A DNA stretch of 64,000 nucleotides from Clostridiales bacterium DTU089 (GTDB lineage Bacteria; Bacillota; Clostridia; Oscillospirales; Acutalibacteraceae), in the NCBI GenBank assembly GCA_001513045.1, contig LFSB01000010.1, forward strand, positions 33,900-97,899, read 5' to 3'. The notes below the pieces were generated by a model, which worked only from the letters and a program-made list of their open reading frames with translations, was not told the origin of the DNA and did no database searches. Below are positions 17,905-28,065 of the stretch, piece by piece (position 1 is the first letter of the stretch; every line of letters begins with the position of its first letter). A program made the translations under genes and the position numbers.

Positions 17905-19332
17905 TTAATATTTTAGTATGGGGTTTCTTACCGCAGCCGTTTCGTCGGGACGTCCGACGGGAGTTGTTACGGGTGCGGCGTGAAGTGTATCGGGAGCGGT
18001 TTTCGCCGTTTCATACAGCTTCTTCATAACCTCAACGGCATTGTCGAGGGTTTCGCGGCTTTCGGTTTCCGTAGGCTCAAACATAAGTGCCTCGTGAACA
18101 ATCAGAGGGAAGTACATCGTGGGCGGATGAATTCCGTTGTCGATAAGTCCCTTTGCGATATCGGATGCGCTTATTCCGGTTTCGTGCTTGAGCTTGTCGA
18201 GTGACATTACAAACTCATGCATGCATGAACCCTCGAACGGAATATCGTAGGTGTCGCGAAGCTTTTCAAGCATATAATTTGCGTTAAGCACGGCGTTTTC
18301 ACTCGCCTGCTTCAGCCCTGTGCCGCCGAGCACGCGAATATAGCAATACGCCTTGAGATATACAAGGAAGTTTCCATAGAAGCTCTGAACCTTGCCGATG
18401 GATTTTTCGGGGGTGAAGAAGGTGTATTTTCCGTTATCCTCGCACACGAGAGGCGAGGGAAGATATTTTTCAAGAAAGCTCTTGCAGCCCACGGGACCGC
18501 TGCCGGGACCTCCGCCTCCGTGAGGGGTGGAGAAGGTCTTGTGCATGTTCAAATGCACAACGTCAAAGCCCATGTCGCCGGGACGGGCGATACCCATTAT
18601 CGCGTTGAGATTCGCACCGTCATAGTAGACAAGTCCGCCGGCATCATGCACAGTCTTGGAGATTTCGAGAATGTTACGGTCAAATCTTCCTACGGTGTTG
18701 GGGTTTGTAAGCATCAGCGCGGCGGTGTCGTCTCCGACCGCGTTTTTCAGCGCATCAAGGTCAACAAAACCGTCCGGCGTGGAGGGAATATTTACTATTG
18801 TGAAGCCGTTCATAGCGGCGCTTGCGGGGTTTGTGCCGTGCGCCGAGTCCGGAACGATAAGCTTTGTGCGTGCGCTCATGCCGTTGTCACGCAGATAAGC
18901 GCCTATAAGCGACAGTCCCGTGAATTCACCGTGTGCTCCGGCGGCGGGCTGGAGCGTGATGGCGTCCATGCCGGTGATTTCGCAAAGTGAACGCGAAAGC
19001 TTGTACATGATTTCAAGGCATCCCTGCGCATCCGCCTCGTCAAGCTGCGGATGCATGTGAGTGAATCCGGGAAGAGCGGCTGCCGCTTCATTGATTTTCG
19101 GGTTGTACTTCATAGTGCAGGAGCCGAGAGGATAGAAGCCGTTGTCCACACCGTATGCCTTGCGGCTGAGGTTGGTGTAATGCCTTACAAGGTCAACCTC
19201 CGCCACCTCCGGAAGAGGTGCCGGTGAGGTTCGTGCATATTTTTCGGGAAGACTTACGCTTTCAACTCCGCATTCGGGGAAATAAACGGCGCGTCTGCCC
19301 TCGTGACTTTTTTCAAATATAAGCTCACTCAT
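17905..19332 (-). CDS. gcvPB: Glycine dehydrogenase (decarboxylating) subunit 2
   Basis: HLNMHKTFSTPHGGGGPG PLP-lysine block. 4-nt overlap with gcvPA. Confidence 0.93.
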   Translation of the reverse strand: MSELIFEKSHEGRRAVYFPECGVESVSLPEKYARTSPAPLPEVAEVDLVRHYTNLSRKAYGVDNGFYPLGSCTMKYNPKINEAAAALPGFTHMHPQLDEADAQGCLEIMYKLSRSLCEITGMDAITLQPAAGAHGEFTGLSLIGAYLRDNGMSARTKLIVPDSAHGTNPASAAMNGFTIVNIPSTPDGFVDLDALKNAVGDDTAALMLTNPNTVGRFDRNILEISKTVHDAGGLVYYDGANLNAIMGIARPGDMGFDVVHLNMHKTFSTPHGGGGPGSGPVGCKSFLEKYLPSPLVCEDNGKYTFFTPEKSIGKVQSFYGNFLVYLKAYCYIRVLGGTGLKQASENAVLNANYMLEKLRDTYDIPFEGSCMHEFVMSLDKLKHETGISASDIAKGLIDNGIHPPTMYFPLIVHEALMFEPTETESRETLDNAVEVMKKLYETAKTAPDTLHAAPVTTPVGRPDETAAVRNPILKY

Positions 19333-20648
19333 ACCGCTGTCACCTCCTTGAGAATTGACGCAACCTCGTCAATTTGCGCCTTGGTATTTACCTCTGTGAC
19401 GCACCAGAGTATTCTTCCGCAGTCAAGTATCTTGCCTCCGAGAATGCTCCTTTCGGCAAGAGCGGACATAATCTTTTTTGCATCACAGGGGCAGTCGGTT
19501 ATGAATTCGTTGAAAAATTCACCGGAGAACCTAAGACCGAAGCCGGGGATGGCAGAAAACAGCTTTGCTGCATAATGTGCCTTGCTGTAAGACTGGGAGG
19601 CTACCTCAATAAGTCCCTCGCGGCCTACCGCGGCGCAGTAAATTGTTGCCGTAAGTGCGCAAAGCGCTTCATTTGAGCATATCGAGCTGGAGGCCTTTTC
19701 GCGGCGTATATGCTGTTCTCTCGCCTGAAGCGTGAGGACATAAGCGTCCCTGCCTTCGGAGTCGGTGGTTTTACCGACGATTCTTCCGGGCAGCTTGCGC
19801 ATATTTGCTGTTGTGGAGGCCATATATCCGAGGTACGGGCCTCCGAATGAGAGCTCAAGACCGAGACCCTGCGCCTCTCCGACGGCGATATCCGCACCGT
19901 ATTCGGCGGGGGTTTTAAGCAGCGCGAGCGAAACCGGCTCGCAGCCCATGATGAGCTTTGCCTTCTTTTCGTGCACAAGTGAAGCGATATCCTGAGCGTT
20001 TTCAATGAGCCCGTAATAGTTGGGCTGTTCGATATATACGCATGCGGCGGTGTCATCGAGAGCGCAGCCGAGTGCGCCGAGGTCGGCAAGTCCGTCAACA
20101 CAGGCAATAACCTCAACCTTTGCTCCGGCGGAGCAGGCATAGGTTTTCAGTACGGAGAGCACCTGCGGCTTTATGTTTGAAAAGGTTATAAGCTTGTTGC
20201 GTCCGCGCTCACGGCACATTGCAAACGCCTCTGCTGCGGCGGAGGCTCCGTCATATACCCCGGCGTTGCTCACATCCATACCGGTGAGTCTGCATATAAC
20301 GGACTGATACTCGAAAATAACCTGAAGTATACCCTGGCTTACCTCCGGCTGATACGGTGTGTAGGCGGTGACAAATTCACTTCTTGACGAGAGGCTTTTT
20401 ACGACCTCGGGGATGAAATGGTTGTATGCGCCGGCACCGCGGAATATCGCTTTGTATTGTCTGTTCTTTGCCGCAATGCTTTCTATATCCGAGAGAACTT
20501 CAAATTCTGTCTGAGCCTCGGGAAGATTCAGAGGAGCTTTGAGCCTTACGCTCTCAGGTACGCAGGAAAATAAATCATCAATGCTTTTGCAGCCCGTATC
20601 CGCGAGCATTTCGGCTCTTTCGCGGGCGGTTCCCGGAATATAAGACAT
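19329..20648 (-). CDS. gcvPA: Glycine dehydrogenase (decarboxylating) subunit 1
   Basis: Typical N-terminus MSYIPGT...AERAEML-like sequence. Size and gene order gcvT-H-PA-PB. Confidence 0.92.
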   Translation of the reverse strand: MSYIPGTARERAEMLADTGCKSIDDLFSCVPESVRLKAPLNLPEAQTEFEVLSDIESIAAKNRQYKAIFRGAGAYNHFIPEVVKSLSSRSEFVTAYTPYQPEVSQGILQVIFEYQSVICRLTGMDVSNAGVYDGASAAAEAFAMCRERGRNKLITFSNIKPQVLSVLKTYACSAGAKVEVIACVDGLADLGALGCALDDTAACVYIEQPNYYGLIENAQDIASLVHEKKAKLIMGCEPVSLALLKTPAEYGADIAVGEAQGLGLELSFGGPYLGYMASTTANMRKLPGRIVGKTTDSEGRDAYVLTLQAREQHIRREKASSSICSNEALCALTATIYCAAVGREGLIEVASQSYSKAHYAAKLFSAIPGFGLRFSGEFFNEFITDCPCDAKKIMSALAERSILGGKILDCGRILWCVTEVNTKAQIDEVASILKEVTAV

Positions 20649-20675
20649 GTGTCAACAATCCTTTCGGAATTTTTA

Positions 20676-21047
20676 TCAGCCGAGGAACGCCTCATATTCG
20701 GCGGCATCCATAAGTCCGGCGGTGTCCTTTGCACATTCGATTTCAACAAGCCATGCATCATAGGGGGTCTTGTTGATTTTTTCGGGTGCGTCAGCAAGCT
20801 CGTCGTTAACGGCAACAACATTTCCGCTCACCGGGCAGTAAACGTCTGATACCGCCTTTATGGATTCAATGTCGCAAAGCGTGTCACCGGCGGAGAAGCT
20901 TTCGCCTATGTCCGGAAGATTTACGAACGCGACATCGCCCATCTCCTCCTGTGCATGGTCGCTGATTCCGATGAGAGCCGTGCCCTTATCCGTGAATTTT
21001 ACCCACTCATGTGTCTGTGTAAAGAAATAATCATTGGGAATGCTCAT
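20676..21047 (-). CDS. gcvH: Glycine cleavage system H protein
   Basis: 123 aa with the lipoyl-lysine block ESIKAVSDVYCPVSG. Confidence 0.93.
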   Translation of the reverse strand: MSIPNDYFFTQTHEWVKFTDKGTALIGISDHAQEEMGDVAFVNLPDIGESFSAGDTLCDIESIKAVSDVYCPVSGNVVAVNDELADAPEKINKTPYDAWLVEIECAKDTAGLMDAAEYEAFLG

Positions 21048-21077
21048 GTTAAAAACTCCTTTTTTATATATGAATTT

Positions 21078-22166
21078 TTATTTCGACCTTTTGTAAAACG
21101 GAAGCTTTACAGCTTTTGCACAAAGCCTTTTTCCGCGTGTTTCAACAGTAAGAGCGGTATCTTCGGACGCTGCCGCGATATCGACAATTGCCATTGCAAT
21201 TGATTTTTTCAGGCACGGAGCCATTGTGCCGGAGGTTATGAAGCCGACCTGCTTTTCACCGAGAAATACAGGCTCGCCGCCTCTTGCTATGCCTCTGTCG
21301 AGGATTTCAAGACCTATGCGTGTGCGAGCGGGCTCGCCCTTTGCAATCAGAGCGTCTCTGCCTATAAAATCGCCCTTGTCAAGCTTGACAAAGCGACCGA
21401 GACCGGTTTCAAGAGGCGTTATTTCATCGGTCATCTCATGTCCGTAAAGAGGCATTGCCGCCTCAAGACGAAGTGTGTCGCGGCTGCCGAGTCCGCAGGG
21501 GATAAGTCCGAAGGGCTTGCCCGCTTCGAGCAGCTTTTCCCACAGCTCGGCGGCGCAGTTGTTTTCGCAGTACAGCTCAAAGCCGTCCTCTCCGGTGTAT
21601 CCGGTGCGCGAAACCATGCAGGATATGCCGCCTACGGAAACGTTATCTGTAAAGCTGTAATACTTTACAGGAATGAGGCTTTCATCGCAGAGGGTTTTAA
21701 GTATGTCTTTGGCACGCGGTCCCTGCAAAGCGATTTCCGCGGTGTCGTCAGAACAGTCGGTAAACAAGACTTTTCCGGAGAGCTTTGATTTTATCCATGC
21801 CGCATCCTTTTCATGGTTTGCGGCGTTGACAACTATGTAGTAAAGGTCTTCGCCTTTACGGTACACTATGAGGTCATCAACCACTCCGCCGTTGTCGTTG
21901 CACATAGGGCTGTATCTTACAAAGCCGATTTCAAGACTTAAATAATCATTTGAAAGAAGATGCTGGAGGTTTTTCAGCGCGTCCTCTCCCTCAAGTATTA
22001 TCTCGCCCATGTGGGACACATCGAAAAGTCCGGCAGCGGTCCGTACGGCGTTGTGCTCGGCGATTATGCCTGTCGGATATTGAACCGGCAGCAGATAGCC
22101 GGCAAAGGGCACAATTTTTCCTCCCGATTTTTCATGAAGGTCATACAGAGGTGTTTTCAATTCCAT
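21078..22166 (-). CDS. gcvT: Aminomethyltransferase (glycine cleavage T protein)
   Basis: [30 protein letters not shown]...[10 protein letters not shown] signature. Confidence 0.93.
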   Translation of the reverse strand: MELKTPLYDLHEKSGGKIVPFAGYLLPVQYPTGIIAEHNAVRTAAGLFDVSHMGEIILEGEDALKNLQHLLSNDYLSLEIGFVRYSPMCNDNGGVVDDLIVYRKGEDLYYIVVNAANHEKDAAWIKSKLSGKVLFTDCSDDTAEIALQGPRAKDILKTLCDESLIPVKYYSFTDNVSVGGISCMVSRTGYTGEDGFELYCENNCAAELWEKLLEAGKPFGLIPCGLGSRDTLRLEAAMPLYGHEMTDEITPLETGLGRFVKLDKGDFIGRDALIAKGEPARTRIGLEILDRGIARGGEPVFLGEKQVGFITSGTMAPCLKKSIAMAIVDIAAASEDTALTVETRGKRLCAKAVKLPFYKRSK

Positions 22167-22195
22167 TTGCGGTACGCTCCTTAAAAAACAATATT

Positions 22196-23596
22196 TTATT
22201 TTACTCCGAAATACTCAACAGCGTTGTTGTATGAGATATCGCATACGATTTTTTCAAGTGTTTTGCGGTCATCGGGATACAGACCTTCCTCGACTGTATT
22301 TCCTATAAGCTCGCAGAGGATGCGCCTGAAATATTCGTGTCTGGGATAGGAGAGGAAGCTTCGCGAGTCCGTGACCATGCCGACAAATTTCGGAAGTATA
22401 CCGAGGTTGCCGAGCGCTTTCATCTGCTCGCGCATGCCGTCAATATTGTCATTGAACCACCACGCCGAACCGAACTGTATTTTTGAGGCCGCCTCGCTGC
22501 TCTGGAAATTGCCGAGCATGGAGCCGAGCACATAGTTGTCCTTGGGGTTGAGCGTGAAAAGAATTGTCTTAGGCAGAGCACCTTCGTATTCAAGGCTGTT
22601 AAGCAGCTTTGAAAGATTCTGCGCCGCCTCGCGGTCATCAATTGAGTCATAGCCTGTATCGGGGCCGAGCTTTTCAAACATGCGGGTGTTGTTGTTGCGC
22701 ATTGCCCCGATGTGTATTTCCATACCCCAGCCGCGCGAGGCATATTCCTTTGCGAAGAAGCGGAACAGCTCGGTGCGGTAGGCATCCGCCTCGCCGACGG
22801 AAAGTGCTGTACCTTTCATACGCTTTTCAAATATGGTTTCAAGGTCCGAATATGATGCCCTTTTATAGGGCACATAGGTGAAGGCGTGGTCTGTTGCGCG
22901 GCAACCCATCTTTCCGAAGAAGTCTATTCTTGAAAGCAGAGCCGCGGTAAGCTGAGAATATGACGAAACCTTCATTCCGGAGGTCTTTTCGAGTGCCGCC
23001 ACCCAGTCGCAATAGCCGGGAGCGTCAATGTTGAGCGCCTTGTCGGGACGGAATGCCGGAATGACCTTGCAGGGGAAGCTGGAGTCCTGCGCTATAAGGG
23101 CGTGGTATTCAAGCGTGTCCGCGGCATCATCCGTTGTGCATACGAAATTCACGCCGGATTTTTTGATAAGCTCCTTAGGGGTGAAGCCTCCGGCTTTTAT
23201 CATGGCGTTTGCCCTGTTCCATATATCCTCTGCGGTGTCCTCGCTGAGTGTTTCATATATTCCGAAATATCTCTGAAGCTCAAGATGAGTCCAGTGATAG
23301 AGAGGATTGCCTATGCAATACTGTATAACCTTTGCCCATGCAAGAAATTTCTCGTGATTGCTCTTTGAGCCGGTTATGTATTCCTCGTCTATTCCGAACG
23401 AACGCATGGCGCGCCATTTGTAATGGTCGCCGGCAAGCCAGAGCTGCGCTATGTCCTCAGGCTGCTTGTTTTCGTATATCTCCTTGGGTGAGAGGTGACA
23501 ATGCCAGTCAAATATCGGCATTTCGTTTGCCTTTTCAAACAGTGCGCGCGCAGTCGGTGTTGAAAGCAGGAAATCCTTGTCCATAAAGCTTTTCAC
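22196..23596 (-). CDS. uxaC: Glucuronate isomerase
   Basis: FLLSTPTARALFE...PIFDWHCHLSPKEI N-terminal signature. 466 aa, GTG start with GGAGAG SD. Confidence 0.9.
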   Translation of the reverse strand: MKSFMDKDFLLSTPTARALFEKANEMPIFDWHCHLSPKEIYENKQPEDIAQLWLAGDHYKWRAMRSFGIDEEYITGSKSNHEKFLAWAKVIQYCIGNPLYHWTHLELQRYFGIYETLSEDTAEDIWNRANAMIKAGGFTPKELIKKSGVNFVCTTDDAADTLEYHALIAQDSSFPCKVIPAFRPDKALNIDAPGYCDWVAALEKTSGMKVSSYSQLTAALLSRIDFFGKMGCRATDHAFTYVPYKRASYSDLETIFEKRMKGTALSVGEADAYRTELFRFFAKEYASRGWGMEIHIGAMRNNNTRMFEKLGPDTGYDSIDDREAAQNLSKLLNSLEYEGALPKTILFTLNPKDNYVLGSMLGNFQSSEAASKIQFGSAWWFNDNIDGMREQMKALGNLGILPKFVGMVTDSRSFLSYPRHEYFRRILCELIGNTVEEGLYPDDRKTLEKIVCDISYNNAVEYFGVK

Positions 23597-23610
23597 AGAT
23601 ATCTCTCCTT

Positions 23611-25086
23611 TTATAAAATTACTCCGTCCTTGAAAATTGCCGTCTCGCGGAAGCCGTTGAGCTCGTTTTTCGCGCGTCGGGTTCCGGAGGCGATATTCAG
23701 AATGATTTCGAGCAGCTCCTCGGCGGCGGTGTCAAAGCTTTTTCCGTCGAGAATTGCGCCGGCGTCATAATCAATCCAGTGAGGCTTTTTCTTCGCCAAT
23801 GCGGAATTTGTGGATATTTTAACCGTGGGAGCCTGTGCGCCCAGCGGCGTACCTCTGCCGGTGGTAAAGAGAATCAGGTTCGCACCGGCCGCTGTCAGGT
23901 TGGTGGTTGAAACAATGTCGTTTCCGGGTCCGTAGAGCAGGGAAAGACCGTTCGTTTTGCAGTGTTCATACATCTCCAAAACATCGGTTACCGCAGCGCG
24001 CCCGCCCTTTTGAATACAGCCGAGAGATTTTTCCTCAAGCGTGGTTATGCCGCCCTCCTTGTTTCCGGGGGAGGGATTTTCGTATATCTGCTGCGAGTGG
24101 CGGATGAAGTACTGCTTGTATCCGTTTATCATATCCACGGATTTTTCAAACACGTCTCCGCTTACCGCGCGCGACATCAAAATCGTTTCCGCGCCGAACA
24201 TCTCCGGCACCTCGGAGAGTATGACTCTGCCGCCGCAGGAGCAGACTATATCGGCAATCCGTCCGCATAGCGGGTTGGCGGTTATGCCCGAAAAGCCGTC
24301 ACTTCCGCCGCATTTCATGCCGATTGTCAGCCGCGAGAGCGGAAGCCCGGTTCGTTCATCGGATTGGGCAATCGCCGCAATTTCGCCTATGAGCGCGAGC
24401 GCTTCTTCAATTTCATCGTCCGCCTGCTGGGTTACGAGAGTCTTTATTCTGGAGGAATCATATTCGCCGAGCACCGGCAGAAAGCTGTCAAGGTTGTTGT
24501 TTTCACAGCCGAGACTGAGAATGAGTACACCGGCAGTGTTCGGGTGGCGGCACAGTGCCGCGAGAGCCTCCTGCGTTGCTCGGTGGTCACCGCCGAGCTG
24601 GGAGCAGCCGTAGGGGTGACGCACGGCAAAAACTCCGTCACAGCTGTCTGCATAGAGCGTGTTGGCCTTCTCGGCAATTATACGGGCGGTGTCGTTTACG
24701 CATCCGACAGTGGGAATTATCCATATTTCATTTCGTATTCCGACACCTCCGCCGGAACGCTCGTAGCCGTAAAAATAAAGATTTTTAACAGCTTCGGTTT
24801 TTTCGCCCTCGCACGGAGAAAAACTATATTCGGTTTCTCCGCACAGGGAGGTTTTCAGATTGTGGGAGTGTACCCACGCACCCTTTTTTATGTCTGCAAA
24901 TGCCGTGCCTATCGGTGCGCCGTATTTTATCACCGACTCGCCGGTTTTTATATCGCACAGTGCCATTTTGTGACCCGGCGGAATGTGTGCAAGCGCGGTG
25001 ACATCACCGAATTCATCGCCGGAGGCGGCTCCGGTGATGCACACGGCAACATTGTCATCGGGATGGATTTTCAAAAATTTTTCCAC
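23611..25086 (-). CDS. uxaA: Altronate dehydratase (UxaA family)
   Basis: N-terminal SAF domain (IHPDDNVAV...IPPGHKMAL) plus a large UxaA C-domain. 491 aa. Confidence 0.85.
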   Translation of the reverse strand: MEKFLKIHPDDNVAVCITGAASGDEFGDVTALAHIPPGHKMALCDIKTGESVIKYGAPIGTAFADIKKGAWVHSHNLKTSLCGETEYSFSPCEGEKTEAVKNLYFYGYERSGGGVGIRNEIWIIPTVGCVNDTARIIAEKANTLYADSCDGVFAVRHPYGCSQLGGDHRATQEALAALCRHPNTAGVLILSLGCENNNLDSFLPVLGEYDSSRIKTLVTQQADDEIEEALALIGEIAAIAQSDERTGLPLSRLTIGMKCGGSDGFSGITANPLCGRIADIVCSCGGRVILSEVPEMFGAETILMSRAVSGDVFEKSVDMINGYKQYFIRHSQQIYENPSPGNKEGGITTLEEKSLGCIQKGGRAAVTDVLEMYEHCKTNGLSLLYGPGNDIVSTTNLTAAGANLILFTTGRGTPLGAQAPTVKISTNSALAKKKPHWIDYDAGAILDGKSFDTAAEELLEIILNIASGTRRAKNELNGFRETAIFKDGVIL

Positions 25087-25103
25087 GACGCTTTCCTCCG
25101 GTT

Positions 25104-26555
25104 TTAAAGTCTTTCAAGAGCCGCTCTTACGCCAAACCTTTCAATGCTTGCAAGGTCATTCTCCACAGCCTCGGTAAAGCCCTCAAGCTGTGTGAGATTG
25201 CGCCCCCAGAATACGGTGTTTGAAAGCACCGCCTTAACGGTTTGCGGGGTTTTCCATGCGTCGCACATGAATTTGAGCACTGCCTCATCGTCACGTATTT
25301 CATATTTTTCACCGTTGCGCGTGCCGAAGTACTTTCCGTCCTCAAACTCGCCCTTGTAAAAACGGATGAGCGCGGCAAGTCCGAAGGCGAGCGCCTTGGG
25401 CGCACGGTGATTTTCGGCGGTGTAATCAATTACGGACGGCAGGCAGCGAGCCTTGTATTTCGATACAGAGTTAAGAGAGATGTCGAGAAGCCTGTGCTTT
25501 ATAAACGGATTGCCGAAGCGCTCAAGTACGCTTGCGGCAAAGTCCGCCTTCTCCTGCTCCGGCAGGGGAATAAACGGAATTATCTCCTCACGCAGAGCGT
25601 TTTTAATGAGCGAGGAAAACACCTCATCGTTCATCATTTCAAGCACTATGTCATGTCCCGCAAGATATGCCGCAAGCACGCTTAAGGTGTGGGAGCCGTT
25701 GAGGATTCTCACCTTGCGTGTCTTGTATGCGGTTATATCCGGCACGAACACAACGTCGAGTCCGAGGTCGGTTATCGGGAAAACCTCCGCCCATTTTTCA
25801 TCGGCTTCGATTGCCCAGAACAGGAACGGCTCGCAGGTGTCGAGAAGGTTGTCCTCATAGCCGAGCTTTTCGCATATCTGCTGCGCGTCTGCATGCGGAT
25901 AGCCCGTGACTATGCGGTCAACGAGCGTGTTCGCTATGTGGCAGGAGGTGTTTATCCATTCGGAAAAGCCCTCGGAAATGCCCCAGTCCGCGACGTATTG
26001 CAGGATGTATTTTTTCAGGAAGGTGCCGTTGTTTTCAATAAGCTCAACCGGAAGTATCAGCAGACCCTTGTCAGCAGCGCCGTTGAAGGTTTTATATCTC
26101 TCATAAAGAAATGCGGCAAGCTTTGCCGGGTAGGATACGGGCGGAGTGTCCGTGAGCAGGTCACCCTCGCGATAGGCTATTCCCGCCTCGGTGGTGTTGG
26201 AGATAACCACCTTTAGCTCCTCGTTGCGCGCAACTGCGATATATTGCTCATAGTCCGCGTACGGGTTGACGCAGCGGGAAACAGATGTCAGGGTTTTGTA
26301 CTTTTCCACGACCTCGCCGTTTTCAACTCCGCGCATGAGCAGGGTGTATATGCCGTTTTGAGCATTGATGGCATCGCACATGCCTCTTTCGATGGGCTGG
26401 CACAGCACGATGCTGCCGTTGAACTTGCCGGCGGCGTTGGCGGTGTCGGTTATGTAGTCGGCAAAGGCGCGCAAAAAGTTGCCCTCGCCGAATTGTATTA
26501 TTTTTTCGGGAAGCGAGCCGAAGGTCTTTTGCGTTACCTGAGAGATGTTTTTCAT
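25104..26555 (-). CDS. uxaB: Tagaturonate reductase (altronate oxidoreductase), mannitol-dehydrogenase family
   Basis: IIQFGEGNFLRAF N-terminus. 483 aa, in a uxaB-uxaA-uxaC context. Confidence 0.8.
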   Translation of the reverse strand: MKNISQVTQKTFGSLPEKIIQFGEGNFLRAFADYITDTANAAGKFNGSIVLCQPIERGMCDAINAQNGIYTLLMRGVENGEVVEKYKTLTSVSRCVNPYADYEQYIAVARNEELKVVISNTTEAGIAYREGDLLTDTPPVSYPAKLAAFLYERYKTFNGAADKGLLILPVELIENNGTFLKKYILQYVADWGISEGFSEWINTSCHIANTLVDRIVTGYPHADAQQICEKLGYEDNLLDTCEPFLFWAIEADEKWAEVFPITDLGLDVVFVPDITAYKTRKVRILNGSHTLSVLAAYLAGHDIVLEMMNDEVFSSLIKNALREEIIPFIPLPEQEKADFAASVLERFGNPFIKHRLLDISLNSVSKYKARCLPSVIDYTAENHRAPKALAFGLAALIRFYKGEFEDGKYFGTRNGEKYEIRDDEAVLKFMCDAWKTPQTVKAVLSNTVFWGRNLTQLEGFTEAVENDLASIERFGVRAALERL

Positions 26556-26571
26556 ATTTACGCCTCTTTTA

Positions 26572-28065
26572 TCAATGATAGTTTACAGCAACCGCCAAAA
26601 GCATGAATGCCACTGAAATCACGCCTTCGAGCGCAAAGAGCTTCCATGACCAGCGCAGCCATTTGCCGTAGGATATTCCGACAAGCCCGATGGCAATAAT
26701 CATTATTCCGCTTGTGGGATAAAGGAGATTTGTGAAGCCGTCGCCCAAACAGAAGGAGAGCACGACCGATTGACGCGTGACGCCCACGAGGTCGGCAAGC
26801 GGGGCGACCAGCGGCATGATAAGAAAAGCCTTTGCGGTTCCGCTTCCGATGAAAAATTCAAGCACCACAACAAACAGAAACAGCAGCAATATTGACTGGT
26901 AAGGATTGAAGCCGCTGACAACATTGTATACGAAGTTCAGAATCGTATGAATGATTTTGCCCTCTTTAAGAATATACGATATGGCGATGACGAATATTAT
27001 CAGGGGCAACGCGGGCGCTATGGATTTTATTCCGGCAACAAAGCTTTTCGCAAGATTTTTGCCGCGAAGTCCGGCGTTATATCCCGCAAGAAGTCCGCCG
27101 ATTGTGAAAAGCAGAGCCATAGCCGGCAGGGATATCATTCCGCCCGCCTTGACAATAAAATCAAGTATTATGAACACAAGCACTCCGCAAAGGCAGAAGA
27201 CGAATGAACGCGTAGCCTTTCTGACGGCCGGGTCTGAGAGCAGTGCGTCCGACTCGTCAAGCGAAAACTTGCGGCGAAGCACCTTGTCGTTTTCGTAGCT
27301 CAGGGATTTTTCGGGGTGCTTTTCTATCTTTTTTGCATACACAATGAGATATCCCGTTAACACGGCGTAGACTGCGGCAAAGACTATCAGCCTAAGCCAT
27401 AGTCCGGAGAAGACCTCAAGTCCGGCAAGCTTCTGCACGGTCATGACATTGAACGGGTTAAAGGTTGCTGCCGTGAAGCCGAAGGCTATGGATACGAGGC
27501 TTATACCGAGTCCCACAAACGAGTCCCAGCCGAGCGCAAGTGATATTGCAACCGCAATCGGAACAAGCGTAACCGACTCCTCGAGTATTCCCGCGGTGGA
27601 GCTTAAAAGCATGCACACAAACACCATAACGGCAAGCAGTGTGTATTTGCGGCTGCCGAATTTTTTGATTATTACCGACATTATGTATTTGAGCGCTCCG
27701 ACCTTGTCGAGAATGAGGAAGGTGCCGCCTATGAGTACGATAAAGAGTATTATCGCAAGTCCGGTTGTCGCCTCGCTTGAAGCGAATACAAGTATGGGAG
27801 AGAGTATGATTTTCCATATCGGCATCTTGAAATCAATCTGTGTGTAGGTGCCGTTGATTATTGATTCATGGCCGTCAATCATCTGTGTCTGATACTCTCC
27901 GCGCGGCATTACCTGTGTGAGTATGCCGGCAAAAACCATTATTGAGAACAACACCACAGAAATAATGACCATGGTTTTTTTGTCGAGCTTTATTCCTACC
28001 TCCGCAGACGATTTCGGCGACTGTACGGCATTATCGGGTTTTACGGTGTTTTTTTTCTTACTCAT
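26572..28065 (-). CDS. YfcC/DcuC-type anaerobic carrier family membrane protein
   Basis: 497-aa polytopic protein. Its N-terminal tail followed by VMPRGEYQ is typical of YfcC-family proteins, from memory. Confidence 0.65.
   Translation of the reverse strand: MSKKKNTVKPDNAVQSPKSSAEVGIKLDKKTMVIISVVLFSIMVFAGILTQVMPRGEYQTQMIDGHESIINGTYTQIDFKMPIWKIILSPILVFASSEATTGLAIILFIVLIGGTFLILDKVGALKYIMSVIIKKFGSRKYTLLAVMVFVCMLLSSTAGILEESVTLVPIAVAISLALGWDSFVGLGISLVSIAFGFTAATFNPFNVMTVQKLAGLEVFSGLWLRLIVFAAVYAVLTGYLIVYAKKIEKHPEKSLSYENDKVLRRKFSLDESDALLSDPAVRKATRSFVFCLCGVLVFIILDFIVKAGGMISLPAMALLFTIGGLLAGYNAGLRGKNLAKSFVAGIKSIAPALPLIIFVIAISYILKEGKIIHTILNFVYNVVSGFNPYQSILLLFLFVVVLEFFIGSGTAKAFLIMPLVAPLADLVGVTRQSVVLSFCLGDGFTNLLYPTSGIMIIAIGLVGISYGKWLRWSWKLFALEGVISVAFMLLAVAVNYH

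Noticed and set aside
23907-25107. Several plus-strand ORFs of 66-247 aa inside uxaA
   Set aside because: They are antisense to a full-length UxaA-family gene, with no SD and an arginine/cysteine-rich composition.
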